A stretch of DNA of 63,151 nucleotides, filler included. It is 4 parts of 4 records of this genome, joined end to end, with 100 filler letters (N's around TTAATTAATTAA, not from the genome) between each part and the next. Parts side by side here need not be neighbours in the genome. Positions count along the whole stretch, not along the records: positions 1 to 29,523 come from DRR723986_4631; 3 more parts are not named here. One strand, written 5' to 3'. The position numbers were made by a program, and so were the translations under genes. The notes beneath the pieces were generated by a model that ran no database searches, was not told where the DNA came from, and saw nothing but the letters and a program-made list of their open reading frames with translations. Shown piece after piece: positions 18,443 to 28,484 of the stretch (position 1 is the first letter of the stretch; each line of letters begins with the position of its first letter).

Positions 18443-18755
18443 GTTGGTTCTCCCATGCCTCAATGGCTTGGTCCAGGCGCAGACTGACCACAGCAGGTGT
18501 TGCGCCCACATCGTGTATTTCAATTTTCAAACCACCTGCGTTTTTGCGTTCTGCAAAATCATTCAGCACAGCTTGCCAAATGGGGCCGAAACCACGCGCC
18601 GAGGTTTGAATGTCCACTGCACAATGCGCGGTATCTTCGCCTTTCTCCAGAAGCACTTCGCAGTTGCCACTGGCAGTGACACCCACCAACACCGCATCGC
18701 GTTGTGTTGGCTGAACCTTGCTGGGCAAGTTGTATTTCAGTTGTTCCATACTCAT
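18432..18755 (-). CDS. mdcC: Malonate decarboxylase acyl carrier protein (delta)
   Basis: VGVTASGNCEVL (Ser attachment site), DVGATPAVVSLRL.QA. Confidence 0.92.
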   Translation of the reverse strand: MSMEQLKYNLPSKVQPTQRDAVLVGVTASGNCEVLLEKGEDTAHCAVDIQTSARGFGPIWQAVLNDFAERKNAGGLKIEIHDVGATPAVVSLRLDQAIEAWENQHGQ

Positions 18756-18767
18756 GATGACAACCCC

Positions 18768-20432
18768 TTACCAGTTGCGGAAACGGCTGGGCGGGTTATA
18801 CAAGCCCCCCGAAGCACGTACCAAATCTTTCACGGTTTTCGCGGCGAGTAAATCGCGCGTTGCATCACGCCGGGCGATGCCCAGGTCTTCGGCGCGTTTG
18901 ATCACACCACGCGCACGCAGTTCTTCCACCTTCTTTTTGTCGCGGGCCATGCCCACTTCGGTGTAGCCCGCCACACCGCGAATGGCCTGCTCGCGCTCTC
19001 CTTCACCACGGCACAGCAGCAAATTCGCAATGCCCTCTTCAGTCACGATGTGGGTGACATCATCCCCGAAAATCATCACCGGCGGGTTGTTCAATCCCAT
19101 GCTGTCGGCCAGGTCCCACGCATCCAGTCGTTCCACAAATGCAGGGGCCATGTGCTCTCGGAATGTTTCCACCATTTGCACCACCAGCTTGCGGCCACGT
19201 GGCATGTGCTTGGGGTTGGCTTGCGCTTCACGGCCTGCTTTCACCCAGGCTTCGCTTTCATGCCGGCGGCCACGTGCATCCGCCCCCATATTGGGTGCGC
19301 CACCGAAACCGGCAATTCGACCCTTGGTGGCCGTGCTGCTGTTGCCATAGGTGTCAATTTGCAGCGTAGAACCAATGAACAAATCACAGGCGTAATGACC
19401 TGCTGCCTGGCAGAATGCGCGGTTGCTGCGCATGCTGCCATCGTTGCCAGTGAAGAACACATCGGGCCTCGCCGCAATGTATTTCTCCATGCCCAGCTCA
19501 CTGCCGAAGCTGTGCACACTTTGCACAAAACCGGCTTCAATGGCGGGTATTAATGCGGGGTGAGGGTTCAGCGCCCAGTTGGTGCAAATTTTTCCTTTCA
19601 ATCCCAATTGTTCGCCATAGGTGGGCAGCAGCAATTCAATGGCAGCGGTATCAAAGCCAATGCCGTGGTTCAAACGCTTTACGCCATACTCTGCGTAAAT
19701 GCCTTTGATCACCATCATGGCCATCAACACCTGAATTTCCGAAATTTGTGCAGGGTCGCGCGTAAACAGGGGTTCAATGTAATTCGGGCGTGGTGCGTGT
19801 ATTACAAAATCGACCCAATCCGCAGGCACATCTACACGGGGCAGTGTGTCGCGTATTTCATTGACTTGCACAATCACAATGCCGTTTTTGAATGCCGCCG
19901 CTTCCACAATGGCTGGCGTGTCCTCAGTATTCGGGCCGGTGTACAAATTGCCCTGTGCATCGGCAGCTTCAGCCGCGATCAAGGCCACATTGGGCGTTAA
20001 ATCGACAAAGTACCGGCCAAACAATTCAAGGTAAGTGTGAATCGCATTGATCTTGATTTTGCCGGCCGCAACCAGGTTGGCCAGCCGCGCACCTTGCGGA
20101 CCGGAAAAAGAAAAATCAATTTCCTTTGCAATGCCTTTGTCAAACAAAGCCGTGTGTTCAGGCAAAGCCACCACCGATTGCAACAAGTGCAAATCATGCA
20201 CCTGTTGCGGGTTCACTTTGGCCAAACATTGCGCCAAAAAATCCGCCTGCTTCTGGTTGTTGCCCTCCAGGCACACACGGTCACCGGGTTCAATCACACT
20301 TTCCAGCAAAGCCACGGCGTGCTCTGCCTTCACCACCTTGCTGGAATGTCCGCCGGCAAGGTGGGCAGCGCGACCCAACCGGGCGGCCTTGGATTGTTGC
20401 CCTTGGCGCCATGTTGTGTTGGTCATGCTCAT
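18768..20432 (-). CDS. mdcA: Malonate decarboxylase alpha subunit
   Basis: LEGNNQKQADFL, HTYLELFGRYF, GFGGAPNMG, LYNPPSRFRNW. Confidence 0.95.
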   Translation of the reverse strand: MSMTNTTWRQGQQSKAARLGRAAHLAGGHSSKVVKAEHAVALLESVIEPGDRVCLEGNNQKQADFLAQCLAKVNPQQVHDLHLLQSVVALPEHTALFDKGIAKEIDFSFSGPQGARLANLVAAGKIKINAIHTYLELFGRYFVDLTPNVALIAAEAADAQGNLYTGPNTEDTPAIVEAAAFKNGIVIVQVNEIRDTLPRVDVPADWVDFVIHAPRPNYIEPLFTRDPAQISEIQVLMAMMVIKGIYAEYGVKRLNHGIGFDTAAIELLLPTYGEQLGLKGKICTNWALNPHPALIPAIEAGFVQSVHSFGSELGMEKYIAARPDVFFTGNDGSMRSNRAFCQAAGHYACDLFIGSTLQIDTYGNSSTATKGRIAGFGGAPNMGADARGRRHESEAWVKAGREAQANPKHMPRGRKLVVQMVETFREHMAPAFVERLDAWDLADSMGLNNPPVMIFGDDVTHIVTEEGIANLLLCRGEGEREQAIRGVAGYTEVGMARDKKKVEELRARGVIKRAEDLGIARRDATRDLLAAKTVKDLVRASGGLYNPPSRFRNW

Positions 20433-20446
20433 TGTTTTGGTCCTGC

Positions 20447-21790
20447 TTAGTAGTCGTAGAACATATCGGGCAAGAACATCACCACTTCCGGAAACACTGA
20501 CAGGAAGGCAATGTAGCCTGCAATAATCAGAATGAACGGAACGATGCCGCGGAAAATTTCACCGAACTTGATGTCAGGCGCAATGCCGTTGATCACGAAC
20601 AGGTTCAAGCCCACGGGCGGCGTAATCAAGCCCAGTTCCATGTTGATGGTCAAAATAATGCCGAACCAGATTGGGTCGAAACCCGCAGCCAGAATGGGCG
20701 GCAAAATAACTGGCGTGATCATCAGGATAATGGCCACAGGTGGCAGGAAGAAGCCCAGCACCAGCAACAACATATTCACCCAGAACAACAAGGCCCACTT
20801 CGACATTTCCAGTGCCACCAGCCATTCCGCCATGCTTTGGCTAATGCGCAAATAGCTCATCACATAAGTGAACAGGAAGGACATGGCAATGATCATCATG
20901 ACCATGCAGCTTTCTTTGGCGGTGCCTGTGAAAATCGCGCTGAGGTCTTTCCACTGATAACACTTGTACAGTGCAATCACGAGAATCAACGCGGCCACTG
21001 CACCCACACCTGCCACTTCGGAAGGTGTACCAAAGCCGCCGTACATGGCACCCATGATCAAACCGATCAGCAAGAGGAAGGGCAGCAGTCGTGGCAACGA
21101 CTCCATTTTTTCCTTCCAGGTAAAGTGCTCTTTTGCAGCCACCTGGGCAATTTCTTCGGGGCTCGCGGTTTTCATCCAGGCGTGACGATCGCGGATGAAT
21201 TTGATCACCACCCACACCGAGAACAGCACGGCCAACAAGATGCCGGGCACAATGCCCGCAATAAACAATTTGCCTATCGATTGCTCGGCCATCACGCCAT
21301 AAATGATCAGCGTAATACTGGGCGGAATCAAAATACCCAAAGTGCCGCCCGCTGCAATCAAACCCGAGGCCAAGGCACCGCTGTATCCGCGCTTGCGCAT
21401 TTCCGGAATGCCCATGCCGCCAATGGCTGCACAGGTTGCCGGGCTGGATCCACACAAGGCTGCAAAAATGGTACAACCCGCCACGTTGGCCACGCCCAGG
21501 CTACCCGGCATGCGGTACAACCAGCGGTAAGCGGATTCGTACAGATCAACCGCTGCCCGGGTTTTGCCAATGGCTGCCCCCATGAGAATAAACAGCGGAA
21601 TGGTGAGCAAAGTGAAGTTTTCAAGTTCACCGAAAATGGTTTCTGCAATCAAATGAATATTGGTTGCAGGCATGAAAAAATACATGATGATCACTGCCGA
21701 CGAACCCAATGCAAATGCAATGGGCATGCCAGAAAACAGCAACACCAAGGTCAGGGCCGTGTAAATCAGGCCAATTTCGACAACACCCAT
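20447..21790 (-). CDS. TRAP transporter large permease (DctM/MatM-like)
   Basis: GSSPAT, GTLGILIPPS, TPPVGLNLFV. Confidence 0.92.
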   Translation of the reverse strand: MGVVEIGLIYTALTLVLLFSGMPIAFALGSSAVIIMYFFMPATNIHLIAETIFGELENFTLLTIPLFILMGAAIGKTRAAVDLYESAYRWLYRMPGSLGVANVAGCTIFAALCGSSPATCAAIGGMGIPEMRKRGYSGALASGLIAAGGTLGILIPPSITLIIYGVMAEQSIGKLFIAGIVPGILLAVLFSVWVVIKFIRDRHAWMKTASPEEIAQVAAKEHFTWKEKMESLPRLLPFLLLIGLIMGAMYGGFGTPSEVAGVGAVAALILVIALYKCYQWKDLSAIFTGTAKESCMVMMIIAMSFLFTYVMSYLRISQSMAEWLVALEMSKWALLFWVNMLLLVLGFFLPPVAIILMITPVILPPILAAGFDPIWFGIILTINMELGLITPPVGLNLFVINGIAPDIKFGEIFRGIVPFILIIAGYIAFLSVFPEVVMFLPDMFYDY

Positions 21791-21791
21791 G

Positions 21792-22343
21792 TCAGCCCCC
21801 TTGTCCGCTGGTAGTGGTAGCGTGCCCATGTGAAGGCAGATCAGGCTCTTTGCCCATCAAGCCTTCAACAATTTGCACAAAGAATTGCAGTGTCAGCAGC
21901 AGCATGCCGAACGCCATGAAGAAGTATGGAATCCACAACTTTGGGCCCCAGGTTGAGCTGGTGGTCCAACCCTGATCCCAGGCCTCGTGGCAATACACAG
22001 CCGACAAGTAGGCCACCAAACCGCAAAACAGCATCGAGAGAATGTCGCCCAACAGCAAACGGATCCGGCTGGCGCGTTTGGACATCACTTCGTCCAGAAT
22101 TTCAATGCCCACATGCCCACGCTCACGCTGGGTGTGCGCAGCGGCCAGGAAGGTGGCTGCGATCAACATGAAAATGCTGAGTTCAATGACCCAGTCATTG
22201 GAAATATTCAGGATGTAACGTGTTACCACCTCGTACACCAGCACGAGTGAACAGATCAGAATCAGAAGTGCGGATGTGTACGCCATGAGCTGGTTAAAGC
22301 CGCGCACGGTGCCGCTGAACAGTCGCCACAATGGGTTGTTCAT
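21792..22343 (-). CDS. TRAP transporter small permease (DctQ)
   Basis: 4 TM segments, YEVVTRY, GHVGIE; between dctP and dctM. Confidence 0.88.
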   Translation of the reverse strand: MNNPLWRLFSGTVRGFNQLMAYTSALLILICSLVLVYEVVTRYILNISNDWVIELSIFMLIAATFLAAAHTQRERGHVGIEILDEVMSKRASRIRLLLGDILSMLFCGLVAYLSAVYCHEAWDQGWTTSSTWGPKLWIPYFFMAFGMLLLTLQFFVQIVEGLMGKEPDLPSHGHATTTSGQGG

Positions 22344-22367
22344 AATAGTCTCCGAGTGGAACTTGAA

Positions 22368-22400
22368 CACCAAACCCTCATCAGTGGAGAGGGTTTGGTG
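22368..22400 (-). terminator. 12-bp stem hairpin between dctP and dctQ (partial terminator or mRNA stabiliser)
   Basis: CACCAAACCCTC-N9-GAGGGTTTGGTG perfect inverted repeat. Confidence 0.6.
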
Positions 22401-22409
22401 CGCTTTGCT

Positions 22410-23429
22410 TTACTTGACTGCAGTGGCCATGTCCAACCACTTCTGGCCGTCTTTCACTTCTTCAGCGAAATCTTTCCAGGCTGACTTCTCTGCAACTGCG
22501 CGCCACTTGGCAAATGTTGCATCGTCCATGGCATAGGCTTTCTTGCCTGCTTTCTTCCACACTTCGGCAGCCATCATGTCGTCTTTCTTGGATTCTTCAA
22601 TGGAGAACTTCTCAAGGCTCGCGCCCACTTCCATCACGGCCTTTTGCTGTGCGGGTGTCAGGCGATCAAAAGTAGACTTGGCCATCAAGAGGGGTTCGAA
22701 CATGAACCAGAATGAATTCTGGCTGGCGTCAGTCAAGTGGTCGCCCACTTCCTCAAGACGGAAAGAAATGATGGACGTGCTGGATGTGACAGCAGCGTCC
22801 AACACGCCAGTTTGCATGGCGCTGTAAACTTCATTCGATGGCACGTTGGTGATTGAACCGCCAGCACCCTTCAGCATCAAGTCCATGTGCTTGGAGGCAC
22901 CACGAATTTTCACGCCTTTGACATCATCTGGCGACACGACTTTCTTCTTGGAGGCGATACCGCCAGCCTGCCAAATCCAGGTAACCACTTTCACGCCTTT
23001 GCTTTCCAGAAGCTTTTCCAGCTCCTTGCCAATGGGCTGGCCTTTCCAGCGGTGGCCTTGTTCGTAGCTGGTGATCAGGCCGGGCATCAGTGTGATGTTT
23101 ACCTGAGGAATCTTGCCGCCTTCATAAGCCAGTGGGTACAAAGTCATGTCCACTGAACCGTTTTGCAAGGCGCCGAACTGCGCGAAAGTTTTCACCAGCG
23201 AGCTGCCTGGGTAAATTTCAAACTTCAGGCTGCCGTTTGTTTTCTCGGACACTTCGCGTGCAAACTTGCGCACCAAGCGATCACGGAAGTCGCCCTTTTC
23301 TTCGGTACCACCTGGGAACTGGTGGGACACCTTGATGGTGGTGGTTTGTGCCGACGCGGTGTTGGCAAAACCAAAAGTAATTGCTGCTGCAGCCATACCG
23401 GCCACCAGGGGTTTGATCATGAACTTCAT
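22410..23429 (-). CDS. TRAP substrate-binding protein DctP
   Basis: Signal peptide, SHQFPG, KGVKIRG, EVYSAMQTGVLD. Confidence 0.92.
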   Translation of the reverse strand: MKFMIKPLVAGMAAAAITFGFANTASAQTTTIKVSHQFPGGTEEKGDFRDRLVRKFAREVSEKTNGSLKFEIYPGSSLVKTFAQFGALQNGSVDMTLYPLAYEGGKIPQVNITLMPGLITSYEQGHRWKGQPIGKELEKLLESKGVKVVTWIWQAGGIASKKKVVSPDDVKGVKIRGASKHMDLMLKGAGGSITNVPSNEVYSAMQTGVLDAAVTSSTSIISFRLEEVGDHLTDASQNSFWFMFEPLLMAKSTFDRLTPAQQKAVMEVGASLEKFSIEESKKDDMMAAEVWKKAGKKAYAMDDATFAKWRAVAEKSAWKDFAEEVKDGQKWLDMATAVK

Positions 23430-23525
23430 GAGTAAGTCTCCTCTCTTGCTTCTAATTGAACGTTGTTGAATCAGGTGAGTGATTCGCCAACGCTTTCCAC
23501 ATCCGAACGAAATTTCTGGGTTCGT

Positions 23526-24278
23526 TCAATATTTCCCGGACAACAGCGAGCCGAAGCCCGGGGCATAGGTCTTCAGACCCAATTTCTTTAACATCATGTA
23601 GGTGGTGGCCACCGAGGAAGACAGCACCGGCATGCCTGCGCGGTCTTCGATCGGCTGAATGGAGCCCAGCGACGGCATTTGCACGCAGGCCGACGCCACA
23701 ATCGCATCCACATTGGCGGTGTTCAATTTCTTGGTGTGTTCAATCGGCGCCAGCGGGTTGAGTAAACCCACTTCCAGGTTGTTCGACACCTCCAGCGAAA
23801 TACTGTCGAGCACTTCAATGCCCTCGTTTTCGATGTAATCAATCACCAGGCATGTCAGCGGTTTCATGTAAGGCGTCAGAATGGCCACTTTCTTGGCACC
23901 GATCGCTTTCAAGCCATCAACCAAGGCGCCTGCACTGGTCACCACAGGTGCCGGGCCACCGGCTTCTACGGTGCGACCGTGCAAACGTTCTTCCGATTTT
24001 TTGTGATAACCCAAACCCATGCTCATGATGGCCACCAGGCAGGCATATCCCAGTACATCCACGCGGGCGTCGGCCAATTCCAAGGCACACCGATCCGAAT
24101 CGGCGTCCATCTTGGCCAACTCTTCTTTAGTCACATGCTGCATGCGCATGCGGCTGGAGTGAAACGTGAAACGCTCCGCCTCTACGGCTTCGCGGGCCCG
24201 CAAAATTGCGGGAATTTCCGTTTCCATGGTGGTGTTTGAACTTGGCACAATCTGGCCAATCCGGTAAATCTTGCTCAT
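23526..24278 (-). CDS. maiA: Maleate cis-trans isomerase (Asp/Glu racemase superfamily)
   Basis: YRIGQIVPSSNTTMETEIP, FHSSRMRM, YACLVAIM, SACVQMPSL (both catalytic Cys). Confidence 0.88.
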   Translation of the reverse strand: MSKIYRIGQIVPSSNTTMETEIPAILRAREAVEAERFTFHSSRMRMQHVTKEELAKMDADSDRCALELADARVDVLGYACLVAIMSMGLGYHKKSEERLHGRTVEAGGPAPVVTSAGALVDGLKAIGAKKVAILTPYMKPLTCLVIDYIENEGIEVLDSISLEVSNNLEVGLLNPLAPIEHTKKLNTANVDAIVASACVQMPSLGSIQPIEDRAGMPVLSSSVATTYMMLKKLGLKTYAPGFGSLLSGKY

Positions 24279-24312
24279 TCAATGCTCCGTGTAGGTGGAC
24301 CTAAGTTGCCAA

Positions 24313-25032
24313 CTAAGTAGCCAGTTGCCGGGCCAGGTCCACAAAGTCTTGTGCGACAAAATCAAATTCGCCCGCTTCCACTTTGGGCAAGGGCATATGC
24401 TCGCCAAATTCAAAGGGGCGCATTACGTAGGCTGTGCGCATGCCTTGCGCCTTGGCAGCGCGCAAATCGCTGGGGTGGCTGGCGCACAGCATCACTTGCT
24501 CAATCGGCAAATTCAGCAGGCCGGCTACACCGTGGTAAGTTTCGGGATCGGGTTTGTAATGCTTGAACAGTTCGGCCGATACAATGCAGTCCCAAGGCAA
24601 ACCGGCATTTTTTGCCATCGCGGTCAGCAAAGAAAAATTGCCGTTGGACAGGGTGGTAATCGTGAATTGTTTTTTCAGGGCATGAAGGCCAGCAACAGTG
24701 TCAGGCCAGGGCGTGAGCCGATGCCACACCTTGTTCAAGTTCTCACGCTGTTCATCGTTCAATTTGGCAAGGCCAAACTGATCAACGATGGAATCCAGAA
24801 TCATCCGGTGCAAGCTGTCAATGTGCATCCAGGGCAGCTCACCCTTGCGCACCCGGTCCATGGCGGGCGCATAACCCGCGCGCCAGGCATCGGCAAACGC
24901 CAGCGCATCTACGTGAATGTTCAAGTGTTTGGCAATCATCGCAACTTCGCGGGCCACACTGCCGCGCCAGTCTACAACGGTGCCAAAAACATCAAATGCA
25001 AGCGCCTTGACAGCGCTGGCTGCGTGATTCAT
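24313..25032 (-). CDS. Haloacid dehalogenase type II
   Basis: FDVFGTVVDW, LSNGN, YKPDPETY, ASHPSDL. Confidence 0.85.
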   Translation of the reverse strand: MNHAASAVKALAFDVFGTVVDWRGSVAREVAMIAKHLNIHVDALAFADAWRAGYAPAMDRVRKGELPWMHIDSLHRMILDSIVDQFGLAKLNDEQRENLNKVWHRLTPWPDTVAGLHALKKQFTITTLSNGNFSLLTAMAKNAGLPWDCIVSAELFKHYKPDPETYHGVAGLLNLPIEQVMLCASHPSDLRAAKAQGMRTAYVMRPFEFGEHMPLPKVEAGEFDFVAQDFVDLARQLAT

Positions 25033-25131
25033 TCCTGTCTCCTCGAGGGGTTGCCGAAACTGATTGTGTTTGGGCGGGCGCTCTCTTATGATTGTATGTA
25101 GAGCATCGCATTTTGCATGCGTTATTTGATT

Positions 25132-25145
25132 TCTTGTATACAAGA
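25132..25145. promoter_or_regulatory. MatR-type operator palindrome
   Basis: TCTTGTATACAAGA perfect 14-bp palindrome between divergent genes; partial copy CGTATACA at 25157-25164. Confidence 0.75.
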
Positions 25146-25200
25146 CTAATTGCGGTCGTATACATTGTCAATAACGCTGATTCATTTTTTTTATTGCCCC

Positions 25201-25872
25201 ATGAAGAAAAAACTGTCAGAAGACGTACGGGACCAAATTGAAGAACTGATCGCTTTTGGCAAACTGCCGCCTGGCGACCATCTAGACGAAACCGAACTGG
25301 CAGAGCGATTTGGCGTGTCCAGAACCCCAATCCGAGAGGCTTTGAACCAACTGGCCACCGCTGGCTTGGTCGAGCTGCGCGCACGTCGAGGCGCTGTGGT
25401 GGCGCAATTCACAGCCCAGCAGCTGGTCGAAATGTTCGAGGTGATGGGTGAGTTTGAAGGCATGTGCGGCAGGCTTGCCGCCCGGCGACTGACCGATGAA
25501 GAGCAAAAAGAACTGGTGGCCACGCACGAAGAATGCAAAGCGGCAATGGCCAAAGGCGGAGACCCCGATGAGTACTACCAGCTCAATGACAAATTTCACG
25601 GTGTGATTTACCGGGGCAGCCACAATGAGTTTTTGATGGAACAGGCCTGGGGCCTGCGCAGAAGGCTGCGCCCCTATCGCCGCTTGCAGTTGCGTGTGCG
25701 CGGCCGCATCCCGACCTCGCTGGATGAACACGACGCAATCGTGAAAGCGATTCTGGCCGGAGATGGTGACACAGCCAACGAATTGCTGCGCAGCCATGTG
25801 ATGGTGCAAGGCCAGCGCTTCGCTGACCTGGTGGCTTCATTGCCCTTGCTAAAAGCGCGCTCGGCGGCCTAA
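25201..25872 (+). CDS. GntR/FCD regulator, MatR-like
   Basis: LAERFGVSRTPIREAL; RRRLRPYRRLQLR; divergent from the malonate operon. Confidence 0.85.
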   Translation: MKKKLSEDVRDQIEELIAFGKLPPGDHLDETELAERFGVSRTPIREALNQLATAGLVELRARRGAVVAQFTAQQLVEMFEVMGEFEGMCGRLAARRLTDEEQKELVATHEECKAAMAKGGDPDEYYQLNDKFHGVIYRGSHNEFLMEQAWGLRRRLRPYRRLQLRVRGRIPTSLDEHDAIVKAILAGDGDTANELLRSHVMVQGQRFADLVASLPLLKARSAA

Positions 25873-25884
25873 AACCCGGTTCAT

Positions 25885-26493
25885 TTAAACCTTCGGCCTG
25901 GCCAAATCAAAATTGCTGCGGGTGGTGCAATACCCATCACCCGCCAGTTTGCCCACGGCATCCAGTAGGTCATTGGCGATTCGACCCTCTCGCATCGCAG
26001 TGTCGCTCACCTCCACACCCAACACATCCAGCAACATCATCGAGCCGCCCATGGCGCCTTCGCCAATCAGCTTGACCTCGCGCAAATTGCATTCAAAACG
26101 CACCATTGCATCTTCCACACCGGGTGCTGTCACCGCTTTGCTCAGCGATTTTTTCAAACCCGCCTTTTCGAATTCATCGACTTCGGGTGGGTAGTCGCCG
26201 CAACTGGTGTTCATCGCATCCACCAGCACATGACTCACAATATTCACCACGCATTCCTTTGTGGTTTGCAAATTGGTCAGGGTGTCTTTCTCGCTGCGGT
26301 CGCGCGGGTTCACCTGCACCACGCACAGCACGGGTGGATTGCAACTGGCAACTGTAAAAAATGAATAAGGTGCCAAATTGGCAATGCCTTGTTCACTCAG
26401 CGTGCTAACCCAGGCGATGGGGCGCGGCACCACTGCGCCAGTCAGCAACTGATAGTTTTCACGGGGGCTGATCTGGGTCGTATCAAAGTACAT
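25885..26493 (-). CDS. Flavin reductase-like FMN-binding protein
   Basis: VVPRPIAWVST, NLAPYSFF, KDTLTN. Confidence 0.88.
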   Translation of the reverse strand: MYFDTTQISPRENYQLLTGAVVPRPIAWVSTLSEQGIANLAPYSFFTVASCNPPVLCVVQVNPRDRSEKDTLTNLQTTKECVVNIVSHVLVDAMNTSCGDYPPEVDEFEKAGLKKSLSKAVTAPGVEDAMVRFECNLREVKLIGEGAMGGSMMLLDVLGVEVSDTAMREGRIANDLLDAVGKLAGDGYCTTRSNFDLARPKV

Positions 26494-26565
26494 GCAGGGC
26501 GTCCAAAATGTTGATTTTCCATGTGCTGTTATAGTTTAGCCTGAACTAGCAAGTGGAGTGGGAAC

Positions 26566-27903
26566 ATGAACCTGACAGTCAAAGTGATCGTGGGCATGGC
26601 GCTGGGCATTGTTGTTGGCCTGGCAATCAACTTTTCTGGCCTGAATTCAGAGGGCAGTTTCGTACAGGAGTTCATCACTGGCGGACTGTTTCATGTCGTG
26701 GGCAAAATGTTCATCAATGCATTGAACATGATGGTGGTACCACTGGTTCTGTTCTCCCTGATTTGCGGAGTGTGCGGCATAGGCGATGTGAAGTTACTGG
26801 GGAAAATTGGCACCAAGTCGTTTGGTTTCTACGTGATGACTACTGCTGTGGCGATTGCCAGTGCCATTTTGATAGCCGGGGGATTGGGTATAGGCGAGGG
26901 CATGAATGCCAGCAGTGAAGCAAACTTCACGGGACGTGAAGCACCGCCACTCAGTGACGTGCTCATTAACATCATTCCCACGAACCCCATCAATGCAATG
27001 GCGCAAGGGGAAATGTTATCAATTATTTTCTTTGCAATTCTTTTCGGTATCAGCCTCTTGCTGGTGGGGCGGAAAGCCACCAAGCTCATTGAACTGATTG
27101 AAATCCTGAATGAGGCGATGATGAAGATGGTGACCATCATCATGGCCCTCGCACCTTACGCTGTGTTTTGCCTGCTGGCCAAAGCCATGGCCGAGTTGGG
27201 CGTTGAACTTTTCACCCAACTGATTGGTTATGTGGTGGTGCTGGCTGGGGTATTGATGTTTCACCTGTTTGTCACCCTGTTGCTGTTTCTCAAGGTTTTT
27301 TCTGGTCTTAGCCCTGCGACTTTTCTGAAGAAAATTCGCAATGTGCAGGTGTTCGCATTCAGCACGTCCAGTTCCAACGCCACCATTCCAGTGACTTTGC
27401 GTACCGTGACCGAACGCATGGGTGTGAACAATTCAGTGGCCTCTTTCACGGTGCCATTTGGTGCCACCATCAACATGGATGGTACGGCCATCATGCAAGG
27501 CGTAGCCACCGTGTTCATTGCAAACATGTACGGTGTCGACTTGGGTATAGCGGGCTACCTCACCGTAATCATGATGTCGGTACTGGCCTCAATCGGCACA
27601 GCGGGAGTGCCCGGTGTCGGGCTGATCATGCTGTCGATGGTGTTTTCACAAGTGGGATTGCCACTGGAGGGCATCGGCTTGATTCTGGGTGTTGACCGGC
27701 TGCTTGACATGCTGCGCACTGCGGTGAATGTCAGTGGTGATGCCGTGGTGTCACTGATCGTCGCGAAGAGCGAAGGGAAGCTGGATGAAGATGTCTTCAA
27801 CAACAAGAATCTTGAAGACAGCGACAGTGGCAACATTCATGTCAGCAGTGAAATTGGCCGTGATTTTGCACAGGCGATTTCAACTGCTTACAAAGGCAAA
27901 TAA
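26566..27903 (+). CDS. Dicarboxylate/amino acid:cation symporter (DAACS)
   Basis: FSTSSSNATIP, GATINMDGTA, SIGTAGVPG, DMLRTAVNV.GD. Confidence 0.92.
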   Translation: MNLTVKVIVGMALGIVVGLAINFSGLNSEGSFVQEFITGGLFHVVGKMFINALNMMVVPLVLFSLICGVCGIGDVKLLGKIGTKSFGFYVMTTAVAIASAILIAGGLGIGEGMNASSEANFTGREAPPLSDVLINIIPTNPINAMAQGEMLSIIFFAILFGISLLLVGRKATKLIELIEILNEAMMKMVTIIMALAPYAVFCLLAKAMAELGVELFTQLIGYVVVLAGVLMFHLFVTLLLFLKVFSGLSPATFLKKIRNVQVFAFSTSSSNATIPVTLRTVTERMGVNNSVASFTVPFGATINMDGTAIMQGVATVFIANMYGVDLGIAGYLTVIMMSVLASIGTAGVPGVGLIMLSMVFSQVGLPLEGIGLILGVDRLLDMLRTAVNVSGDAVVSLIVAKSEGKLDEDVFNNKNLEDSDSGNIHVSSEIGRDFAQAISTAYKGK

Positions 27904-28428
27904 TCAGGGCTTCAGGATGACAGGCTGCACCGCAGCCTCTCCCAGGTACACCATGCCTTCCTGAATGGTACAAGCCAGGTTCATGTTGCGTTGTGCAAGG
28001 CTTGCCAGCGTTGCGCCATCTTCCACGCTCAGCTGCAGCACCTGGACTTTGTCCAGTTTGTTCAACCAGTCCTGATTTTGTTTCCACCACACTTCTGCTG
28101 AGCGGGTGTAGCAGTAAATCACCACACGGTCTGAACGGCCACAGGCTTTTTTAATGCGGCTTTCATCGGGCTGGCCCACATCAATCCATACCTTGATTTG
28201 ACCAGTGGGGTCGACCTCCCATACCGCAGCTTCGTCTTCCGCCGACAAACCCTTGCCAAACTGAACATCCTGCCCGGCATGCATGGCAAAGGCCAGCAAG
28301 CGAACCATCATGCGCTCTTCGGTTTCGGAAGGGTGCAAGGCAAGCGTGAGCGGGTATTGGGCGAAATGGTTGCGATCCAGGTCGGACACATCCAGTTGAA
28401 CTTTGTAGACAGTGGCTCTAAGGGCCAT
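27904..28428 (-). CDS. yaeQ: YaeQ family protein
   Basis: MALRATVYK, HPSETEERMMVRLLAF, WIDVGQPDE. Confidence 0.9.
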   Translation of the reverse strand: MALRATVYKVQLDVSDLDRNHFAQYPLTLALHPSETEERMMVRLLAFAMHAGQDVQFGKGLSAEDEAAVWEVDPTGQIKVWIDVGQPDESRIKKACGRSDRVVIYCYTRSAEVWWKQNQDWLNKLDKVQVLQLSVEDGATLASLAQRNMNLACTIQEGMVYLGEAAVQPVILKP

Positions 28429-28484
28429 GGGGCGACTCGCGGTTTGAAACATTCAAACCGCGATTATCGCTGATTACTTGCTAC

